Shown: one piece after another, positions 59,237 through 64,000 of the stretch
How positions within the stretch are numbered: position 1 is the first letter of the stretch
Layout of the letters: each line of letters begins with the position of its first letter
From: Amoebidium appalachense
Lineage: Eukaryota > Protista > Ichthyosporea
Reading direction: 5' to 3'
Assembly (NCBI GenBank): GCA_963693365.1
Contig: CAVNZM010000001.1
Coordinates: forward strand, 6,402,907-6,466,906
Length of the DNA stretch: 64,000 nt
Notes under the pieces: generated by a model
What the model saw: the letters and a program-made list of their open reading frames with translations, nothing else
Databases searched by the model: none
Told to the model about the DNA's origin: nothing
Position numbers and translations under genes: made by a program

Positions 59237-60047
59237 CCACCCCACACAAGCACACACACACACAAACACACACACACACACACACACACACCGACTGTTC
59301 GCACGTACACACACACACACTGCGACGTGTAGACTCACAGTCGCACACACACAAACATTTTGCCATTGCAAGTGAACCCGGTGGATAGCGGCAGCACAAG
59401 GAGCAGGTACCACCCACATGTATACATAAGGAGCACTGAGTCTATGCACGAGCGCACACCCAAGACGCAGGTGCCCAATAGACACTTGTGTACATACAAG
59501 GCCTGGGAGCCAGGCACAACACATATGCTCTCACACGATCAGCACATGTTGCAGGAAGCTGCATTCTGTAACACGAAAAACAGACAATTAACATGCCACG
59601 TGCTGCATGATTCAAACATGATGACCCCCGCGTGTGCCTGTTTATCGGACATGAAATGAAAGAAATATGGCTGTGCAGCAACACGGTGTGTGATCAGTTG
59701 AACAGAAATGACGTCTACTTCCTTTTTCTTTTTCTTTTTTTTTTTGGCGCCGCGGGGGAGGGCCGGAGGGGGGAGGGGGAGGGGGGGCTATGTGCCTGGA
59801 CAGGATGTACATGTACAGATCTGGAAAAGGGGGGAGGGGGGGGGAGGGGGTTATATATTTACACTTTTGGGGGGGGAGGGGGGAGGGGGGGGGGGGGGGG
59901 GGCGATAGACATGCACGTGTATGTGCGGGTGACTTGAGGGGCACGGGGGGGGGGGGGGGGGGGGGGGGGGGGTATGATTGTTAACAAGCTTTTTGAATCC
60001 CCCTACTCTGCTGGCGAGACCGGCCGGGGTGGGGAGAATCACCCTGT

Positions 60048-60190
<143 letters not shown>

Positions 60191-60254
60191 AAGAGGGAGG
60201 GAGGGAGGGGGGAGGGGGGGAAAGAGAGGATGTGTGTGTGTGTGTGTGGCGGGG

Positions 60255-60288
<34 letters not shown>

Positions 60289-61319
60289 AAATCAAGTGTA
60301 CATGTGCGAAATAAGCACATTGACCACCTTAACTCATTCATTGGAAAACAAGATCGAGAAAGAGAGGGGGAGGGGGAGGAGGGGAGGAGGGGAGGAGGGG
60401 GCAACCTCGGTATGTGCGCGAATCAAGTACCGTAACTCATCACTTGGAGATTTAAACAAGAGAGAGGGGGGGGGGGGGGGAGGGGGGGGGCGGAGAGAGA
60501 TGGGGGGGGGGGGGGGCTGCGTGTGCCGATGACGTGGAAAACTGTCAAGGTATACGGTTACAATAATTTATCAAGTGAACGAATGAAAATATAAAACATG
60601 GTTTGCATTGCAGTAAGAAGCCCATCATATACATATGCATCCGTGTCCGTTGGGGCTTAGGGGGAAAGGGTGGCAAACTAGGTGATTGCGATTTTGAACA
60701 CACATGAAGTCCGGTCACTATGGTTGCCAGAAAAGCTGGGGGGGGGCATGGGGAGAGCTCGAGGGGGGGGAGGGGGGTGGGGAGGGGCAATCTTCCGGCT
60801 GGAGGCAGTGCAGGGAGGAAAGGGGAGGGGGAGGGGGGGGGGGGGGGGGGGGGGGGGTTTCCACATGAAAATTTGCATGCACATATATAACCGGTTTTGA
60901 ATAGTGGTTGGTGGTGGTGGGGGGGGGGGGGGGGGGGGGGGGGGAGGGGGGGGTGATTCACAACCCCTGGGAGGGTCATTCCGCACAGGGCAGACAGCCC
61001 AACTGCATTTCTTTTCAATGGCACAGCACAAAGTAGGCACAGGCAGTGTGCCAGGATTTGTGTACATCTACTACGCTGAAATTCAATGTCATTACAAATT
61101 TCTTTCAGAATCGCACACCGCCACACATACACGGAATCCACATTCATTCATGTGTGCAACATAGTAAATCACGCAAAATTTCAATGTAAAAGGAAAGACA
61201 TACAAGGAAAAGAAGGCTAAGAAATAGAGGAAAAAGGAAGAAGGTCCGTGCCAAAAAACGAAAAGGAAAGAAAAAACCAAAAAACTGCAAACAATAAATC
61301 CAAAAATTAAAGCTATATC

Positions 61320-63371
61320 CTACTCAGATTCCGTCCCTACTTCGACCATATTCGACTGTAACACTGCAGCATAGGCATCCAACACGGCCACAGCCATCGC
61401 CTGATCTGTAGCCAATTGAAGCCCTGCAATCTGATCAATCACAGCCGCTGCCAATCTAAAATCCCCCTTATGCAAACAAAATACAACACAATTCCCTAAC
61501 ACCCTGCCATCACATAACACGGGCATTTGATTGGCTCTCATCCAATTTAAAACCGCAACCATTGGCTCTACCGCCCCACACACACCCATCCCCTTAACAA
61601 CCCGTGAGATCGTCCGTGAGGTAGGTCTAAGGCCAGACGACTGCATGACATTCAGCCAGTTAAATACGACAGAAAGGTCCCCCCGATCTGCAGCAATCCT
61701 AATCAACGAATCATAATCATGAAATTGCAATGGCAAACCCCCCCGCTCTTGCATTTCAATAACAATACTTCCCGCCTTCTCCCATTCGCCGGCCTTTCCG
61801 TACGCCTGCATCACGGCCTTGAACAACAACCTATCAGGCACCAGCTTCAATAGCCTTATTTGGTGCATCAACCAATCAACTGTCTCCGTGTCTCCATTCC
61901 TTCCCGCCTCCGTTGCCGCCACCGTGCAGAACCATACATCCAACCCTACGCCCCTTTCCACCATATGCTCGCATATCCCCCGAATCATCGGTTTCCCTGC
62001 CCCCCTCTTGCTCCTGGCAAACCCTTGCACAATCGCCGTGTACGTCGCAACAGTAGGAGCGATCCCATTGGTTGCCATGCCATCCACCAATCGAGTCACG
62101 CCGTTTAGGTCCCCCATACGTGCGGCTCGATGTATCGCCGTCGTATACGCCTTAGCGTCCCATCCCGTGCTCTCTTCCGTTCGACTTGTTCGCCCGGTTG
62201 TCTCCCCATCACCGGGGTTATCCGTGGACGAATCATGTTGCTCCATTGGAACAGGCGAACTACTTTGATTGGTCGAGACCGCACCCATCATCGCCGCCGT
62301 TGCCGCCTTGGTGTCAACCCGCATACCTTCCGCCCGCATCCGGTCGAAAATAGCGTCCACCTTCTCCCGCATTCCGCCGCGTGCAAACCCGGCCATCAGC
62401 GACGTGTATGTCACATGATCGGGTCCCCCTACACCCGCAGCACACATCTTTGCAAACACACCTTCCATATTTGGGACGTCTGGAAGCGCCGCATACGCAC
62501 CAATCACAGCGTTGTACGTGATCTTGGACCAATGGTTGTGATCCGCCTCCAAATAGCCAATCATCGTCTCGAGCGTTTCGGCGTCACCAGACTTGCCTAA
62601 AAAGGCAACCGCCGCCGTGTACGCCGCCGGGGCCGGAATGTGACCGTGGGACCTCACACTTCCATACACGTCTAACAGAAGCCGTGCGCTACCGTCACTA
62701 CCTTGCGCCCCACCACACAAATTAGCTACCGTAATAAGCATTTGATCGAGTTTTTCAAAGCGATTATTCGGTAATTTGTCCCGATTTTCAAGAATTACGT
62801 CGATCATGTGCACGATGCTCCCGGGATCCGCCCTCTCCATCTGAATAAAAACCCCCTCGTCGGGATACCGGCCGGTATATGCGAAAATTTGCGCCGCCAA
62901 TTTAGCAAAAACACGGGGTTTCCCATTTTCGGAGCACACGTGGAATAATTGGCGCATAGTCGTCATGTAGGGGGCTGTGTGTGTGCGAACCATTTCACGC
63001 ACCGCCTGTTTTGCCTGTACGAGGGAAACAATGTCCTTAGGGCCGCCCTTTCCGGTGTTATTGGATTCACCATTTTCGATACTGGGTTTTTTGTGTGTGC
63101 GAAAATTCAATTTGGTCGTCGATGAAGAGGCTGGGTGATGCGACGGTGTTCGCGGTGTGTCGCTATTGGATGATGGCGGGTGGTATAGACGTTTTTGATT
63201 GGTTGCATTTGGAGGGCTGCAAAGCCACCTCACATGAGGGGTTGTTGGGTGGGTAGGTGTGGTTCCCATGGGGGGCAGGGCGGAAGAAAGGGGCGGGGGG
63301 AGGGGCCGGCGGGTGAGTGGGCGGAGCAGGTGGCAGGTGGTGGCGACATGAGTGAGTGCTCCTCTCCACAT
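61320..63371 (-). CDS. Pentatricopeptide repeat (PPR) protein, ~683 aa, probable mitochondrial presequence
   Basis: 35-aa PPR motifs: [77 protein letters not shown]; N-terminus [22 protein letters not shown] is Arg-rich and acid-free. Extra 3' exons not excluded. Confidence 0.88.
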   Translation of the reverse strand: MWRGALTHVATTCHLLRPLTRRPLPPPLSSALPPMGTTPTHPTTPHVRWLCSPPNATNQKRLYHPPSSNSDTPRTPSHHPASSSTTKLNFRTHKKPSIENGESNNTGKGGPKDIVSLVQAKQAVREMVRTHTAPYMTTMRQLFHVCSENGKPRVFAKLAAQIFAYTGRYPDEGVFIQMERADPGSIVHMIDVILENRDKLPNNRFEKLDQMLITVANLCGGAQGSDGSARLLLDVYGSVRSHGHIPAPAAYTAAVAFLGKSGDAETLETMIGYLEADHNHWSKITYNAVIGAYAALPDVPNMEGVFAKMCAAGVGGPDHVTYTSLMAGFARGGMREKVDAIFDRMRAEGMRVDTKAATAAMMGAVSTNQSSSPVPMEQHDSSTDNPGDGETTGRTSRTEESTGWDAKAYTTAIHRAARMGDLNGVTRLVDGMATNGIAPTVATYTAIVQGFARSKRGAGKPMIRGICEHMVERGVGLDVWFCTVAATEAGRNGDTETVDWLMHQIRLLKLVPDRLLFKAVMQAYGKAGEWEKAGSIVIEMQERGGLPLQFHDYDSLIRIAADRGDLSVVFNWLNVMQSSGLRPTSRTISRVVKGMGVCGAVEPMVAVLNWMRANQMPVLCDGRVLGNCVVFCLHKGDFRLAAAVIDQIAGLQLATDQAMAVAVLDAYAAVLQSNMVEVGTESE

Positions 63372-63449
63372 GCCTGCCGGCCCTGGGGTGTGTGGACGGC
63401 TGAGTGTGTGTGTGTGTGTGCGCGCGCGTGTTTGTGCGTGCGTGTGTGT

Positions 63450-63509
<60 letters not shown>

Positions 63510-63763
63510 GTGTGCGTGTGCTCGTGCCCACGTGTGTGTGGGGTGGTGCAAGTCCCGGAGGAGGAGAGGAGAGGGGGGGGGAGGGGGCAGTTAGTTTAGT
63601 ACACAGGGCAAGCAAGAGATGTGCTGGCACCGATAAAACAGAAACGTACTAGCACCAAATGGAATAATCGCATCACAACTGCACCATCTGGAGGTGGGCG
63701 GTAGGGGGTGGTGAGGGGGGTGGGGGAGACGGAGGACAGGAGAGGGGGGGGGGGGGGAGAGAA

Positions 63764-64000
63764 GGATACAATACAGAAGTGGCTACGACCACAGACAAAG
63801 AAATGAAACTAAGAGGAGACGGGTCAAGATGGAAGGCGGGAGGGCAGGGGGGGGGGGGGGGGGGGGTGGGGTAGGGATACAATACAGAAGTGGCTACGAC
63901 CACAGACAAAGAAATGAAACTAAGAAGAGACGGGCCAAGATGGAAGGCGGGAGGGCAGGGAAAGGGGGGGGGGGGGGGGGGGGTAGGATACATTACAGAA
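63764..64000. repeat. 111-bp tandem repeat (two full copies, third cut by the window edge), each with a G-tract
   Basis: GGATACAATACAGAAGTGGCTACGACCACAGACAAAG starts at 63764 and 63875; GGATACATTACAGAA at 63986. Confidence 0.92.

Noticed and set aside
63673-63993. 106-aa ORF with 37-aa repeats upstream of the PPR gene
   Set aside because: Product of the 111-bp tandem repeat; no independent coding evidence.

Overview
Eukaryotic nuclear DNA: intron-rich, saturated with poly-G/poly-C tracts and (CA)/(GT)/(CT) microsatellites; almost all short ORFs in the track are repeat artefacts. A unicellular opisthokont or similar protist is an inference only. Five protein genes were reconstructed by hand: the 3' part of PA2G4/EBP1 (+, 10 exons, 1-8771); an orphan disordered R/G/D/P-rich protein (-, 14206-12443); condensin II subunit NCAPG2 (-, 30 exons, 47846-27606); a bacterial-type GTP-dependent PEPCK (+, 6 exons, 53171-58522); and a probably mitochondrial PPR protein (-, 63371-61320). 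Non-coding DNA holds a decayed P-element-like transposon, several MITE families and two tRNA-derived SINE-like elements. Best leads: (1) about half of the 43 modelled 3' splice sites have a CA-repeat or CA-rich tract, often ending CGTACAG, instead of a polypyrimidine tract; (2) a 33-bp insert with an 8-bp TSD that looks like a P-element excision footprint; (3) a 41-bp-stem pre-miRNA-like hairpin; (4) a 104-184 bp micro-transposon family with 9-bp TSDs. All coordinates and counts were made by eye and need computational confirmation.
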